DNA of 6,329 nucleotides from a virus (Duplodnaviria; Heunggongvirae; Uroviricota; Caudoviricetes): IMG/VR virus record IMGVR_UViG_2547132488_000017, positions 1 to 6,329 of that record; one strand, 5' to 3'. Shown piece by piece: positions 6,050 to 6,329 of this stretch (position 1 is its first letter; each line of letters starts with the position of its first letter). The notes under the pieces were generated by a model. It saw only the letters and a program-made list of their open reading frames with translations, ran no database searches and was not told where the DNA came from. The position numbers and the translations under genes were made by a program.

Positions 6050-6088
6050 CATTACAGCAGCCCTTCACTCTAAGGGGCTGCTGTAATG
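6050..6088. repeat. Perfect 14-bp inverted repeat with 11-nt spacer, no U-tract
   Basis: CATTACAGCAGCCC (6050-6063) is the exact reverse complement of GGGCTGCTGTAATG (6075-6088). Flanks are not T-rich on either strand, so it is not a canonical intrinsic terminator. Confidence 0.6.
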
Positions 6089-6096
6089 TGAGAAAT

Positions 6097-6135
6097 AAAA
6101 AACCGGCAGGGGAAATCCATTGAAGATTTGCCGGT
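6097..6135 (-). terminator. Possible minus-strand intrinsic terminator
   Basis: Stem ACCGGCA (6102-6108) / TGCCGGT (6129-6135) with a 20-nt loop containing an internal AATC/GATT hairpin. On the minus strand the stem is followed by a T-run (complement of the A-run at 6097-6102). No convincing minus-strand gene is visible upstream of it within the window. Confidence 0.3.
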
Positions 6136-6278
6136 GGCAAAAAGATGGCCATGCTTTCAACCTTAGTCGCAGGGTTACGGAGTGCAACTACGAATGCTGC
6201 CGGTATATGGTTGAATAGCGTTTCAATGATGTACGTCATCTTATCTGTAAATGTTAATGATAAATGCTCTCATTTGTG

Positions 6279-6329
6279 CGGGTCCTTCCGGTGGGGTGGC
6301 CTGCCACGGGGCGGGAGCGTCGCGGAAAA
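6279..6329. other. Candidate cos site (cosQ/cosN) of a lambda-like packaging system, cut by the window end
   Basis: GCGGGTCCTTCCGGTG...CCACG|GGGCGGGAGCGT|CGCGG closely resembles the lambda right-end/cosN sequence as recalled (GGGTCCTTTCCGGTG...TTACG|GGGCGGCGACCT|CGCGGG). Implied 12-nt cohesive end GGGCGGGAGCGT (6309-6320). Position after the lysis and accessory genes fits lambdoid genome order. Confidence 0.5.

Noticed and set aside
5982-6239. 85-aa minus-strand ORF near cos
   Set aside because: Reads through the 14-bp palindrome, the terminator-like hairpin and the 3' end of the last + strand ORF; no SD.

Overview
The window reads as the late regulatory, lysis and right-end region of a lambdoid (enterobacterial) phage or prophage, all on the + strand in canonical order. 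From left to right: a Q-like antiterminator (possibly 5'-truncated by the window edge), a strong tR'-like intrinsic terminator, a small winged-helix-like ORF, a beta-class N6/N4 DNA methyltransferase, an AT-rich promoter driving two tRNAs (Thr-UGU, Gly-UCC), a 560-bp ORF-free spacer with stacked terminators, a lysis cassette (3-TMD holin, second small membrane protein, M15 zinc-peptidase endolysin, small lipoprotein), five small orphan ORFs (65-98 aa) separated by terminators, and a lambda-like cosQ/cosN at the 3' edge. The most likely place for undescribed biology is the small-ORF accessory island between the lysis cassette and cos, including an RBS-occluding hairpin in front of its first gene. 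The wHTH-plus-methyltransferase module and the non-canonical lysis cassette are secondary candidates. All protein calls rest on motifs and context read by eye; no database search was possible.
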